From an uncultured bacterium (lineage in GTDB: Bacteria > Babelota > Babeliae > Babelales > Babelaceae), in contig OY970209.1 in NCBI GenBank assembly GCA_963713855.1, positions 1,344,001 through 1,408,000 on the forward strand: a DNA stretch of 64,000 nucleotides, written 5' to 3'. Each line of letters opens with the position of its first letter. Within the stretch, counting starts at the first letter, position 1. The translations under genes were made by a program, and so were the position numbers. A model generated the notes under the pieces. The model was not told the DNA's origin, did not search any database, and was given only the letters and a program-made list of their open reading frames with translations. Positions 9,682-20,243 of the stretch are shown piece by piece.

Positions 9682-9993
9682 ATGGCTAAATTTTTTGAAG
9701 GGCTTAAGATGGGACTAGAAGAAGCTTTAGCACATGCGGAAGGAAAGATCACTCTTAGATCTATGATCATAGAAGTACCTGCGCCTCCTACAAAGTATAA
9801 GTTTAAGGACATAAAAAAAATAAGAGAAAAAGGCCGCTATTCTGAAGCTATATTTGCAAGAATATTAAATGTAAGCCCCAGAACTATACAGGCTTGGGAA
9901 TCAGGTCATAGAGCTCCGAGTCAATCAGCATTGCGCCTTCTTGAAATCATAGATAAAGGAATATATCCGCACGAAATGTATAGCAAACATTAG
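9682..9993 (+). CDS. higA: XRE-family HTH antitoxin (HigA type)
   Basis: FFEGLKMGLEEALAH N-terminus; HTH FARILNVSPRTIQAWESGHRAPSQSALRLL; follows a higB remnant. Confidence 0.85.
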   Translation: MAKFFEGLKMGLEEALAHAEGKITLRSMIIEVPAPPTKYKFKDIKKIREKGRYSEAIFARILNVSPRTIQAWESGHRAPSQSALRLLEIIDKGIYPHEMYSKH

Positions 9994-10022
9994 TGTTTGT
10001 GAAACTCGTGGCTGTTGGTAGG

Positions 10023-10970
10023 TTACATTTTAAAGAGCTTTTTGTACTGACCATATCCTTCTTTTTCAAGATCTGAAAGAGGAATAAAACGCAAAGACGC
10101 CGAATTTATACAGTAGCGTTTTCTAGTCGGCAAAGGACCATCGCTAAAAAGATGCCCTAGATGCGTATCGGCCTTTTTACCACGCACTTCAATACGTGGT
10201 GCTGCCAATTTTCTATCTTCCTTTTGAGTAATGTTTTCTGGCTCAAGAAGCTTTGTAAAGCTTGGCCAGCCCGTTCCAGAGTCATATTTATCAAGTGAAG
10301 AAAAAAGAGGATCTCCAGAAATGCGATCAACGTAGATTCCTGCGGCTTTATTGTTCCAGTACTCATTATTAAATGGGGGCTCAGTTCCATCGCAGCAAAT
10401 CACGTTGTACTGCATCGGTGAGAGCTTACAGTCAGTTTGCTTCTTCCATGCATCCTTTAAGAATGCTTCTCTTCCTGAAGCAGCTTTATACGCTTTGTAA
10501 CGCTCAGGATTCTTCTCATAGTACCGTTGATGGTACTGTTCAGCGGGGTAAAAGTTTGAAAAAGGCCTAAGTTCAGTCACAATGTTTTTAGAAAAAATAT
10601 GGGCGGATTCAAGCCTTTGTTTAGATTCTTGGGCAGTTTCAAGCTGTAAAGGATTCTGATAAAAAATCGCCGTTTTATAATGAGCACCCCGATCAAAAAA
10701 TTGTCCACCAGCATCGGTTGGGTCTATATTCTTCCAAAAAATATCTAAAAGATCTTTAAATGAAACTATTTTTGGATCGTACGTAATGTGAACGGCCTCA
10801 ACATAGCCTTTTTGAGCAAAATCCTCATATGTCGGATTTTCACCTTTACCACCCGCATATCCCACAACAACCTCTAAAACACCTGATGTATTTTCAAAAG
10901 GCTGCACCATACACCAAAAACAACCGCCTGCAAAAGTGGCAGTTTGCTGATTTACTTTGTTTTGAGCCAT
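10023..10970 (-). CDS. msrAB: Fused peptide-methionine sulfoxide reductase MsrA-MsrB
   Basis: GGCFWC (MsrA), [27 protein letters not shown] (MsrB). Confidence 0.96.
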   Translation of the reverse strand: MAQNKVNQQTATFAGGCFWCMVQPFENTSGVLEVVVGYAGGKGENPTYEDFAQKGYVEAVHITYDPKIVSFKDLLDIFWKNIDPTDAGGQFFDRGAHYKTAIFYQNPLQLETAQESKQRLESAHIFSKNIVTELRPFSNFYPAEQYHQRYYEKNPERYKAYKAASGREAFLKDAWKKQTDCKLSPMQYNVICCDGTEPPFNNEYWNNKAAGIYVDRISGDPLFSSLDKYDSGTGWPSFTKLLEPENITQKEDRKLAAPRIEVRGKKADTHLGHLFSDGPLPTRKRYCINSASLRFIPLSDLEKEGYGQYKKLFKM

Positions 10971-11470
10971 TCGCGATTTTTTCGTTCAAGATTCTTAAAA
11001 AGCAGTGTACGCTTATAAGATGCACCAGTGCAAGAAAACAAAAAAATCAAAGATTTGCCTATAAGGTACTATTCTTCTTAATGAAATTAGCAAAAGTTAA
11101 GAAAAAGGCACCGTGACCTAATTGCGCTACAATCAGAGCTATTGAATACATGGATTATTCCCACTTACATTAAATATCTATGACACCATTGCTAAGACCA
11201 AAAATTATCTTATTACATGTTAAGTAATGTGTTTACTTTAAACAAAGTCATATTTTTAATTATAGTCGTCAATTTTACACTGATTCACATTTATACTTTA
11301 TTTCAAAAAAATATTCATCTAAAATATGATACCATTCTTTTCAATTAAAAATCATCAAAATATCCTTTACTTATCCTATTTTCAGGTTAAAATTTTAATC
11401 TTAAGGTTTAACTTCAAATCCATTTATATTTTTAAATCGGGTTTAATTCAGAAAAAATAGGGAAAACAAA

Positions 11471-13282
11471 ATGAGAAAAAATATAGTGCTAGGTATTGCT
11501 GCTTGCCTCTTGCTTTCGGGCAGCGTGCTGTTGCGCGCTGAGGACGCGTACTCGGTCTTGAAATTGAATAAGAGTGCGACGCTAAAAGAAATCAACAAGG
11601 CCTGCAAGTTGGCACGCTTAGCCAACCACCCCGATGCTAATCAAACGGAAGATGCATCAGCTAATTACAATAAAGTAAATGAAGCATGCGACGCGCTTAA
11701 AAAGCAAGCTGCCCCACCAACTGGGGTTGAAATTATTAAAAATAGAGAATGCAAAAGCTGCAATTTAGACCAAAAAAATTTTTCTTATCGTGATTTTGAA
11801 GGCTTTAACTTTAGTAAATCTTACTTGCGTGCTTCCGATTTTAAAAACGCTAAGCTAAAGAATGCAGATTTTAACAGCGCTCATATTGAAAACGCATCCT
11901 TTATAGGCGCATATCTTGAAAATGCTGTGCTAGAAAATGCGTTTGGTGTTTGCATAGATCCCAATGCGCAGAACCTTAAGGGCTGCACAACATTTGATTA
12001 CGCCCACATGGAAGACGCCAATGTAAAGTATGCGGCATTGCTCGGTGCATCTTTTAAACACGCCATTCTTACCAAAGCTCGTTTTATCGGGGCGGGGTTA
12101 ACGTATGCAGACTTTGAAGGGGCAGATCTGACATCAGCAAGCTTCAGCAAAGCCGATCTTTCTTTTGCCAGGTTTGGAAAAGGCACCAATCATCAAAAAA
12201 AAGTTGCAACGCTCCACAAAACAAACTTTTTTCAAGCAACTTTGTTACAGACCGATTTTATTGGCACTTATATCAACGAATGTTCCTTTAAAAAAGCAAA
12301 AAATCCGGCATTCTTCTTCGGAACACTCATAACGAATAGTGAGTTTGACGAGGCCTCCTTCTCTCAAGCTATCTTTGCACGCGCAAGACTGGTTAACGTT
12401 TCATTTAAAGCAGCAGACCTTACTAATGCCAATTTCAAATCATGCACGTTAGAAAAGGTCAATTTTTATGGTGCAACGTTGGACGGTGCTGACTTTTCAG
12501 AAGCAATTTTCGGACCAGGCGTTGATATAAGCTCAGCAGCTTCGTATAAAGGAATTATATTGCCTGAAGGCTTTACCATTCCGGAAAAAGAGAGGGTAGA
12601 GCCAATGGCTCCTGCTTTTAAACCTGAAAATGAGCCAGTACCCGCGCAAACTGAAGATACCAAAGATACAGAAAAGCCTACAGAAAGTGCTTCAGAGCAA
12701 CCTGTGCCCGGTGAGGAAGCTAAAGACATACCAGCTGCTAATCCGCAAGAAGAGGCAACCAAAGCTGAGACAAAGCCTCAAGACTCTGAGCCAAGTGAAG
12801 AAGAAAACGCGAGCAAGGCACCACAAGAAGATACTAAAGAAAGTGCTGCTCCTCAAGAGACAGCGACGCCGCAAGAAACAGAAAACACCAAAGAAGAAGT
12901 TTTGGCAGCCAACGAACAAGAAACGGTATTCGAAAAACCGTTTGTGATTATGGCTGAAGATGCGCAGTCTACCGAATCAGAAACTGCTGATAAAACTACA
13001 AACGAAACAAAACCAGAAAATAACGAGGCGACGCTTCTAGAAAACGATGCTGACAAAGAGACTCAAAAAGCCGAGACCGTAGCATCTCAAGAAGAACCTG
13101 CTAACACAGACAATCATGATGGACAGAGTGAGAATGATTTTGCAGAAGAGCCAGTAACCGAAGCAGAGCGTAATGATGCGGCAGGAAGTAATAAACAAGA
13201 ACAGCAACAGCCAAGAAAGCCTGAAGGCGAAAAGAGAGAAAGCTTCTTGGTTCAACCTGTTAATCCACTAAGATTCTTTTAA
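11471..13282 (+). CDS. Secreted protein: J-domain-like N-terminus, pentapeptide repeats, acidic low-complexity tail
   Basis: Signal peptide; DAYSVLKL..ATLKEINKA..LARLANHPD (HPD motif); many A(D/N)(F/L)xx repeats; E/T/K/P-rich tail. Confidence 0.88.
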   Translation: MRKNIVLGIAACLLLSGSVLLRAEDAYSVLKLNKSATLKEINKACKLARLANHPDANQTEDASANYNKVNEACDALKKQAAPPTGVEIIKNRECKSCNLDQKNFSYRDFEGFNFSKSYLRASDFKNAKLKNADFNSAHIENASFIGAYLENAVLENAFGVCIDPNAQNLKGCTTFDYAHMEDANVKYAALLGASFKHAILTKARFIGAGLTYADFEGADLTSASFSKADLSFARFGKGTNHQKKVATLHKTNFFQATLLQTDFIGTYINECSFKKAKNPAFFFGTLITNSEFDEASFSQAIFARARLVNVSFKAADLTNANFKSCTLEKVNFYGATLDGADFSEAIFGPGVDISSAASYKGIILPEGFTIPEKERVEPMAPAFKPENEPVPAQTEDTKDTEKPTESASEQPVPGEEAKDIPAANPQEEATKAETKPQDSEPSEEENASKAPQEDTKESAAPQETATPQETENTKEEVLAANEQETVFEKPFVIMAEDAQSTESETADKTTNETKPENNEATLLENDADKETQKAETVASQEEPANTDNHDGQSENDFAEEPVTEAERNDAAGSNKQEQQQPRKPEGEKRESFLVQPVNPLRFF

Positions 13283-13299
13283 AGTGACAAGGTGATATT

Positions 13300-14349
13300 A
13301 TGAAATTATCGTTGAAAAGAGGGCTTTCTTTAAGCCTACTTCTTATAACAAGCATGACCTCTTTCATGCACGGGCGATCAGCCGTGTATGACATGGTACT
13401 TCGCCGTTCGCTTCTTTCGGTAATGGGAAGAAGAACCGAAGGACTAAGAGCACCAGTAAGCGGGTTTTTCATGCATCATAAAGATGAAACAAAAGATGAG
13501 TACCGGAAAGGCCACTTTCTTGGTGCCCTTGTAGATGCGCGGTACACCTGTCATACCTGGTGGGCAGAAGCCATGACAGCTGTTGCTGTTGAAACAGTGA
13601 AAGATTTCACACACAGCAAAGATGATAAAGCTCAAGAAAGAGACTGCTGCTGCTCAGATAATTGCCACACTGATACACAGTTTCGTCTAGACGATATCCT
13701 GTTTTCATTAGGCCGTGATTATGATTTTGAAGACGGCCAATCGATAAGCTTTTACGGTTTGGTTGGGGTTCCAACACAAAGTCCTGACGCTTTTAAAGCA
13801 CCTTTAGTAGGAACAGGTTTTTATACGCTTGGTGCGGGCTTTGATGGGGAATATCGCTTTTACGAAGAGCAAGATTACGCTATAAGCCTTATTGCTAGTG
13901 GCCGCTTATTCCACAGCTTCAAACGGCGCTTGCATGTCACTTTTAAAGAAAAGAATGGAAAAACCTCACTCGTGCCTGCTGAGGACTTCAATAGACAGGG
14001 TGTTGTTAAGTTTGACATGGGTAATCGCTTTGACGCGCTCGTTGGGGTTGAATACTCTCTTCTAGATCACCGTTTTGAACTGGGATATGCGCCTTCAGTT
14101 CCATTCGGCCAACGTATTCGCATTAAAAACTTTAAAGAAAGTATTTGCGAGTGGAAAAAACACGAAAGTCCCGAAACTGCTTGCAGGCATAAGGTGTACG
14201 GCCAATATCGAGTTCTTCTTCCTCTTATAGATGACTGCCCAATCGCCCTAGGAGTAGGTGTTTCTTACGGTTTTCATAGCTCGGATGAAAAAGACCACCA
14301 CAAGGGTCACGATATTACTGGCTGGATAAGCGCTTCGGTACAATTCTAG
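13300..14349 (+). CDS. Hypothetical outer-membrane beta-barrel-like protein
   Basis: Signal peptide, amphipathic beta strands, C-terminal WISASVQF; shares DD-x-x-x-x-LG-x-D and G-x-PT motifs with 30012-31424. Confidence 0.7.
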   Translation: MKLSLKRGLSLSLLLITSMTSFMHGRSAVYDMVLRRSLLSVMGRRTEGLRAPVSGFFMHHKDETKDEYRKGHFLGALVDARYTCHTWWAEAMTAVAVETVKDFTHSKDDKAQERDCCCSDNCHTDTQFRLDDILFSLGRDYDFEDGQSISFYGLVGVPTQSPDAFKAPLVGTGFYTLGAGFDGEYRFYEEQDYAISLIASGRLFHSFKRRLHVTFKEKNGKTSLVPAEDFNRQGVVKFDMGNRFDALVGVEYSLLDHRFELGYAPSVPFGQRIRIKNFKESICEWKKHESPETACRHKVYGQYRVLLPLIDDCPIALGVGVSYGFHSSDEKDHHKGHDITGWISASVQF

Positions 14350-14355
14350 CCCTTT

Positions 14356-14433
14356 AAAGCAAGGCTGGCCTCAAGAAAACGTGGGCTTTTTAAGGCTAGG
14401 TATTTTTGAAGTCAGCTTTGCTTTTTGCTTTTT
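14356..14433 (+). terminator. Long hairpin plus T-tract after the barrel gene
   Basis: AAAGCAAGGCTGGC (14356) pairs with GTCAGCTTTGCTTT (14411-14424), followed by T runs. Confidence 0.55.
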
Positions 14434-14681
14434 TTGCAGAAAAGAATATAATTTCTATTAAGACATCCTAAGGTTGTTGAACAAGTACCTTCAAGTTTGA
14501 GACTTGAAGGAGCTGATGCTCTCTTTTGTTTGCTGCACGGTATCTCGTCCACTTTTAAGAATTTCGCTTATAATGAGTGTTTCTGGAAGGAGAGGTTTTA
14601 AGGCTTTTGCCAACAGTGTGCAGCGTGATTGGTGCCACTTTGGATACGCCTTACAACTTTTATCTTTTATAAGGAAATACT

Positions 14682-15920
14682 ATGTCATTTAAAGAACTAA
14701 ACCTACATCCATCATTACTCAAGGCTGTTGAGGAAGCGGGATTTGAAAAACCGACACCTATCCAAGAGCGGGCAATACCCCATGTACTTGCTGGAAAAGA
14801 CCTTATGGCCTCTGCTCAAACAGGTACCGGAAAAACCGCTGCTTTCATGTTGCCAGCTCTTCATAAAGTGCTGACTGGTCAAAATCGCAAGGGCCGTGGG
14901 CCGTTAGTGCTCGTCCTTACCCCTACACGAGAGCTTGCAACACAAATAGCGCAAGCTACAAGGATCTATGGAAAGCATGCTCCACATATTAAAACAGTTT
15001 ATATTTTGGGCGGTGTTTCATACGGCGCCCAAGCTCATCAGCTTGCAAGACCGTTTGATATTCTTGTTGCAACACCTGGAAGGCTCATCGATTATCTCGA
15101 GCGAGGAACAATACGATTTGATAGGCTTGAAACGCTCATTCTCGATGAAGCTGATCGTATGCTTGATATGGGCTTTATCGATGCCGTTGAACACATAGTC
15201 AAAGCTCTACCGACTGAGCGCCAGACCTTAATGTTTTCTGCAACACTTAAAGGAAATGTTACCTCCCTCGCACGCACTATGCTCCAAGATCCACTTGAGG
15301 TACATATTACAGCGGCAAAAAATCGGTGCGAAAATATTGAGCAACGCCTTCATTATGTTGATGACCTTCAACATAAAAACAAGCTCCTTTTTCATGTTCT
15401 TGAAGATACCACGATCAATCAAACAATAGTATTTACCGCAACAAAGCGGCATGCAGATAAACTTGTTATAAGTTTATGTGGGCGTGGACACCAAGCAGCC
15501 GCCCTTCATGGTGATATGAGCCAGCGTGAGCGCACACGCACTATGGCCCAGTTTTCACGCGGCGATGTTCGTGTGCTTGTGGCAACTGATGTTGCAGCTC
15601 GTGGTATAGATATACCTGGCATTAGCCATGTCATCAATTTTGACCTACCACAATCAAGCGAGGACTATGTTCACCGCATAGGAAGAACTGGCCGCGCAGG
15701 TGCCTCTGGTATAGCGCTATCTTTCGCTTCGTCAAAGGATATTGGTATGGTTGAAAAAATAGAGCGCTACACGGGCTATCGGTTTGTTCCTGCAACTGTT
15801 CCTGGACTTGAGCCAAAATTTCAGCCATCTTCACAGGCGCATACCCCTTCACGCTACAACCGAAACAGTGCCTACGGCAGGCGTCCCGTTCGTAGAAGCT
15901 ATCAATACGCAAGACCTTAA
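14682..15920 (+). CDS. DEAD-box ATP-dependent RNA helicase (RhlE/SrmB-like)
   Basis: Q motif, AQTGTGKT, PTRELA, TPGRL, DEAD, SAT, ARGID, HRIGRTGRAG. Confidence 0.96.
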   Translation: MSFKELNLHPSLLKAVEEAGFEKPTPIQERAIPHVLAGKDLMASAQTGTGKTAAFMLPALHKVLTGQNRKGRGPLVLVLTPTRELATQIAQATRIYGKHAPHIKTVYILGGVSYGAQAHQLARPFDILVATPGRLIDYLERGTIRFDRLETLILDEADRMLDMGFIDAVEHIVKALPTERQTLMFSATLKGNVTSLARTMLQDPLEVHITAAKNRCENIEQRLHYVDDLQHKNKLLFHVLEDTTINQTIVFTATKRHADKLVISLCGRGHQAAALHGDMSQRERTRTMAQFSRGDVRVLVATDVAARGIDIPGISHVINFDLPQSSEDYVHRIGRTGRAGASGIALSFASSKDIGMVEKIERYTGYRFVPATVPGLEPKFQPSSQAHTPSRYNRNSAYGRRPVRRSYQYARP

Positions 15921-15938
15921 AAGTGAAAAGGGGGGAGC

Positions 15939-17726
15939 ATGATTCAAGTAAAAGATGCGTGCCTGGCGTTCGGACAGACCACACTATTTGATGCTCTTTC
16001 GTGCACTTTTAGGCCAGAACATCGCGTTGGAGTTATAGGAAGAAATGGCGCCGGAAAATCAACATTTCTTAAAACTCTAGCAGGACTTATCCCGCTTGAC
16101 AGCGGCACGATAAGCAAAAGTTCAAACATGCGTGTAGCGTATATGCCCCAGGAAATAGTGCTTCTTTCTCCAAAGACTGCTTTTGAAGAAACTTATCATA
16201 CTCTTCTTTCCGATGCGTCCGCGGATACGATGAGTGATATAGCCCGCGCACAAGCACGTGCAGAAAAGGTACTTAAGGGCCTTGGCTTTACGCCCACTAT
16301 TTGGGAAAAACAGATTTCGCAACTGAGCGTTGGCTGGAGAATGCGTGTCGTTATGGCTAAGCTTTTACTGGCTGACGCCCATTTCTATCTCTTTGATGAG
16401 CCCACAAACCATTTAGACATGGTCAGCAAGGAATGGTTTTTAGACTATATCAAAAAGTCCCATTTCGGGTTCTTATTTGTGACCCATGAACGCTATTACC
16501 TAGAAAAAGTGTGTGATCACATTTTTGAAATTGAGCGGGCAAATGGTCGTCTTTTTACGGGAAATTTTAGTGCCTTTCTTGACCAAAAACAACAAGAGGC
16601 GGCATTAAAACTAGCCGCTTACAACCGCCAGAAAAAAGAAATTTCGCAAAAAGAAGCAACAATTAACAGGTTTAGAGCAAGTGCGAATAAGGCAAAGATG
16701 GCTCAAAGCATGATAAAACAGCTGGAGCGTATTGAGCTCATCGAACTAGACCCAGTACCACCTAATATGAGCTTTAGTTTTAGGCCTGTCACACGTCCTG
16801 GAACAGTGGTACTTGCTTTCAAAGATCTTATGCAAAACTTTAATGGCATTACTCTTTTTAAACGCATTTCCGGACAGATAGAGCGGGGAGAAAAAGTGGC
16901 TCTTGTAGGAGCAAACGGTACAGGTAAAACAACCTTATTTAATTTGTTAGTCGGTAAATATGCTTCTCCCAAAGGTAATGTAGAATTTGGCCATAATGTA
17001 ACTTATGCCTTATTCGAGCAAGATCAACTAGCCGCCCTTGATGAAAATAAAACAATTTACGAGACGGTGGTTGAAGCAACTCCGGACGTTACCGAGGCTA
17101 TCATTCGTTCTTTTTTAGGTGCTTTTCTTTTTAGCGGTGAGACTATACACAAAAAGATACACATGCTTAGTGGGGGTGAACGTTGCCGAGTAGCTCTTGT
17201 CAAAGTACTGCTTCAAGCTAGTAATATGCTTCTTCTTGATGAGCCAACTAACCATCTTGATATGTATGCAAAAGAAGTGCTCTTGCAAGCCCTGCAGCAA
17301 TATACAGGCACCATTTTTATCGTCTCGCACGATCACGATTTTTTGCAACGCCTTGTTGGCCGCATCGTGGAAATTACGCCCGATGCCCTTTTTAGCTACC
17401 CAGGCACCTATGAAGCCTACCTTGAGCGGAAAAAGGAAGATCCACTTGAAGCTCAGCCAAAAGCTACTGCTGAGCAGCGTAGTAAGCAAAATCCGCGCGA
17501 AGATGATCGAAAAGTTCTTCTTAAAGAGCAAATGCAACTTGAGCGAAAAATAAATGACTTAGAGGTAAAAATCCCTCAGCTTCATGCATCTCTCTTTAAA
17601 CTGACGTATGGAACTCCTGAATTCATCCAAAAAGCTACCACAGCTGAGACATTTGAAAAAGACTTGAAGGTCGCTCAAGAGCGCTGGCAAACGGTAACAG
17701 ACAACTTACAAAAATCAAAAAAATAA
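15939..17726 (+). CDS. ABC-F family ATP-binding protein
   Basis: Two ABC cassettes (GRNGAGKST, GANGTGKTT), DEPTNHLD twice, no TM segments, C-terminal coiled coil. Confidence 0.94.
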   Translation: MIQVKDACLAFGQTTLFDALSCTFRPEHRVGVIGRNGAGKSTFLKTLAGLIPLDSGTISKSSNMRVAYMPQEIVLLSPKTAFEETYHTLLSDASADTMSDIARAQARAEKVLKGLGFTPTIWEKQISQLSVGWRMRVVMAKLLLADAHFYLFDEPTNHLDMVSKEWFLDYIKKSHFGFLFVTHERYYLEKVCDHIFEIERANGRLFTGNFSAFLDQKQQEAALKLAAYNRQKKEISQKEATINRFRASANKAKMAQSMIKQLERIELIELDPVPPNMSFSFRPVTRPGTVVLAFKDLMQNFNGITLFKRISGQIERGEKVALVGANGTGKTTLFNLLVGKYASPKGNVEFGHNVTYALFEQDQLAALDENKTIYETVVEATPDVTEAIIRSFLGAFLFSGETIHKKIHMLSGGERCRVALVKVLLQASNMLLLDEPTNHLDMYAKEVLLQALQQYTGTIFIVSHDHDFLQRLVGRIVEITPDALFSYPGTYEAYLERKKEDPLEAQPKATAEQRSKQNPREDDRKVLLKEQMQLERKINDLEVKIPQLHASLFKLTYGTPEFIQKATTAETFEKDLKVAQERWQTVTDNLQKSKK

Positions 17727-17803
17727 TTGGTTCCTAGAAATAGTAAAGATGAATGCACATTTTTATATCTTTATGGTATTCTAAAAAAGCAACATATTAA
17801 AAA

Positions 17804-18166
17804 ATGACTATCATGTTAAAACAATCGTATATATTATTATTTATAACGCTTTTAGCGCCTCTTTTAGGTTTGGGCATGGAATCGAACCAAGAATCGGAGG
17901 CTGAAGAGATATGCCTCATATGCCTCGATCTTGCTCCAGAACGTAATGATTCAGATTTTTACAGAACAAAATGCTGTGAATTAATTTTTCATACTAAATG
18001 TATTGAAAAATGGCTTTCTATAAAACCAAGGTGCCCTCACTGCCAAAGTGAGATTCCAAAAAGCCTTTTTAGAAAAATTATTGGTTATATAGTAGCATCG
18101 CTCTCTACTGAAGAAGACCATGACCTTGCTACAAATCACGTCTTACTCAGCCTTCGCCTTAACTAG
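17804..18166 (+). CDS. Secreted RING-finger-like protein
   Basis: Signal peptide; CLIC-x16-CC-x4-H-x2-C-x3-W-x6-CPHC. Confidence 0.8.
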   Translation: MTIMLKQSYILLFITLLAPLLGLGMESNQESEAEEICLICLDLAPERNDSDFYRTKCCELIFHTKCIEKWLSIKPRCPHCQSEIPKSLFRKIIGYIVASLSTEEDHDLATNHVLLSLRLN

Positions 18167-18176
18167 CTTTTTACTG

Positions 18177-18851
18177 ATGAAACAACACATTGATACTTTT
18201 ACAACAGAACTTCTTTTGATACGCCATGGTCAAACCGATTGGAACCTTGAAGACAAAATACAAGGGCAGATTGATATCCCTCTTAACGATCACGGTCATC
18301 GACAGGCACAACTTGTTGCCCAAGCATTAGCAACCCGTGACATTGAGCACGTTTACGCTTCAGACCTTAAAAGAGCCTTAAGCACAGCCAAGGCTATTGG
18401 AACAATCATCCAAAAGCCAATTATATCGATAGCAGGACTCAAAGAGATGCATGCGGGGCAGGCCCAAGGGCTTACTGAGTCTCAACGGGATGCGCTCTAT
18501 CGTGAGTGGAGACAATGGCTTACAAAGCTTCCTTTTAAAGAAAGGGCGCACCACCCCGAGTGGCCGCAAGGAGAATCCAAGAACCAGGTCTTTTATCGAG
18601 CCCATAAAAGCCTTATTGACATCGCTCACAAGCACCCGCATGCTCGCGTTGCGGTCGTAACTCATTCAGGCGTTATACATACGCTTATAGGTACTCTTGG
18701 CCACGAAGAAGTTGCCGTGCCTAATTGTAGTGTCGCCTCTTTTTCTTATCATTTTTCTCCAAAAGACGCTTTTTTAAGCTTTAATGGGGTTACCCTCTTA
18801 TTAGAAAGTCAGGTAACTGGAAAACAAGAAAAAACGCAACCACAGCTCTAA
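18177..18851 (+). CDS. Histidine phosphatase (phosphoglycerate mutase-like) family
   Basis: RHGQTDWN, SDLKRA, VTHSG; start moved to ATG 18177 to avoid overlap. Confidence 0.92.
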   Translation: MKQHIDTFTTELLLIRHGQTDWNLEDKIQGQIDIPLNDHGHRQAQLVAQALATRDIEHVYASDLKRALSTAKAIGTIIQKPIISIAGLKEMHAGQAQGLTESQRDALYREWRQWLTKLPFKERAHHPEWPQGESKNQVFYRAHKSLIDIAHKHPHARVAVVTHSGVIHTLIGTLGHEEVAVPNCSVASFSYHFSPKDAFLSFNGVTLLLESQVTGKQEKTQPQL

Positions 18852-18934
18852 GAAGGACTTTGGCTTAGATCGGTTTTATGATACACTAACACTTATTGCT
18901 TCAAGCTCCTATTTATGAACAAAGAGGTATTACT

Positions 18935-19135
18935 ATGAAACCAGATATACACCCTGAAAGCTTTGAGGTGCTTGCGCATTGTGCTTGTGGCAATGAATTT
19001 TCAACACGTTCCACAAAGCGCGAGCTGCGTGTCACGCTCTGCTCAAAGTGCCACCCTTACTTTACCGGTGCTCAGAAATTCGTCGATACGGAAGGCCGTA
19101 TTGAGAAATTTAAGAAGAAATATAAAAACCAATGA
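18935..19135 (+). CDS. rpmE: 50S ribosomal protein L31 (Zn-binding type)
   Basis: [40 protein letters not shown]. Confidence 0.97.
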   Translation: MKPDIHPESFEVLAHCACGNEFSTRSTKRELRVTLCSKCHPYFTGAQKFVDTEGRIEKFKKKYKNQ

Positions 19136-20241
19136 GTCTAACGGGTATTGATTGGCCCGCTCTTAAAAATCGGCATCACGAGCTTGGGCAGCTTTTAAGC
19201 GCTCCAGTCATAGAAAGCTCAAAAAGAGCCGCGTGGCAAAAAGAATTTGCTCACCTTACACACTTACTCGAAAAGCATAATGAGCTTCTTGAACTCGAGC
19301 GTGAGACCGCTTCTATTGAGACACAGCTTTGCGAAAATAAAGATGCTGAGTTCCGACTTCTTTTAGAGGAAGAGCGTGCGACACTAAAAGAACGCATTAA
19401 ATCGGTCACTCTTTCATTGGAAGACATTCTCTTCCCCCCTGATGAGCGCGACAATTTGTCAGTATTTTTGGAAATCCGCGCCGGTGCTGGTGGCCAAGAA
19501 GCAGCTCTTTTTGCTGCAGATCTTATGCGCATGTATACCATGTACGCGGTGCGTAAGGGCTGGAAAGCAGCATTAGCTAGCGAAAGCTCAACTGACCTTG
19601 GGGGCTATCGCGAGGTGGTGCTCCACATCGAGGGCAAAGGCGTTTTTGGGCACTTAAAATTTGAGTCTGGTGTTCATCGCGTTCAGCGAGTGCCATCAAC
19701 AGAGACCTCAGGTAGAATACATACCTCAACTGCAACGGTAGCCGTGCTTCCCGAGATGGAAGAAATGGCAAGCATCGAAATCAACCCCGCCGATTTACGC
19801 ATCGACACTTACCGCGCAGGGGGGGCTGGGGGCCAGCACGTCAATAAGACCGACTCTGCCGTGCGTATTACACATATTCCAAGCGGCGTTGTGGTGTCCT
19901 GTCAGGAAGATCGCTCACAGCACAAAAATAAAGCCAAGGCCATGAAAATGCTCCAAGCGCGGCTTGCTGCAGCACAACTTGAAAAACATGAAGCCGAAAT
20001 CAGCCAAAAGCGCCGTGAACAGGTAGGTGGAGGTGGCCGCGCAGAAAAAGCACGCACATACAACTTCCCTCAAAACCGCGTTACCGACCACCAAGTTGAA
20101 GTAACTCTTAATAAGCTCGATATGGTCATGGAAGGGGACATAGACGATATCATCGAACCGTTACGTCAAAAAGAACACCGTGAGCGTCGAGAAAGTGCCG
20201 CACAAGCCACATTAAGTACCTTCCAGTCAAAAAAGGAATAG
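19132..20241 (+). CDS. prfA: Peptide chain release factor 1
   Basis: GGQ motif, RVPSTET (PxT), [13 protein letters not shown]; downstream of rpmE. Confidence 0.97.
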   Translation: MSLTGIDWPALKNRHHELGQLLSAPVIESSKRAAWQKEFAHLTHLLEKHNELLELERETASIETQLCENKDAEFRLLLEEERATLKERIKSVTLSLEDILFPPDERDNLSVFLEIRAGAGGQEAALFAADLMRMYTMYAVRKGWKAALASESSTDLGGYREVVLHIEGKGVFGHLKFESGVHRVQRVPSTETSGRIHTSTATVAVLPEMEEMASIEINPADLRIDTYRAGGAGGQHVNKTDSAVRITHIPSGVVVSCQEDRSQHKNKAKAMKMLQARLAAAQLEKHEAEISQKRREQVGGGGRAEKARTYNFPQNRVTDHQVEVTLNKLDMVMEGDIDDIIEPLRQKEHRERRESAAQATLSTFQSKKE

Positions 20242-20243
20242 CA

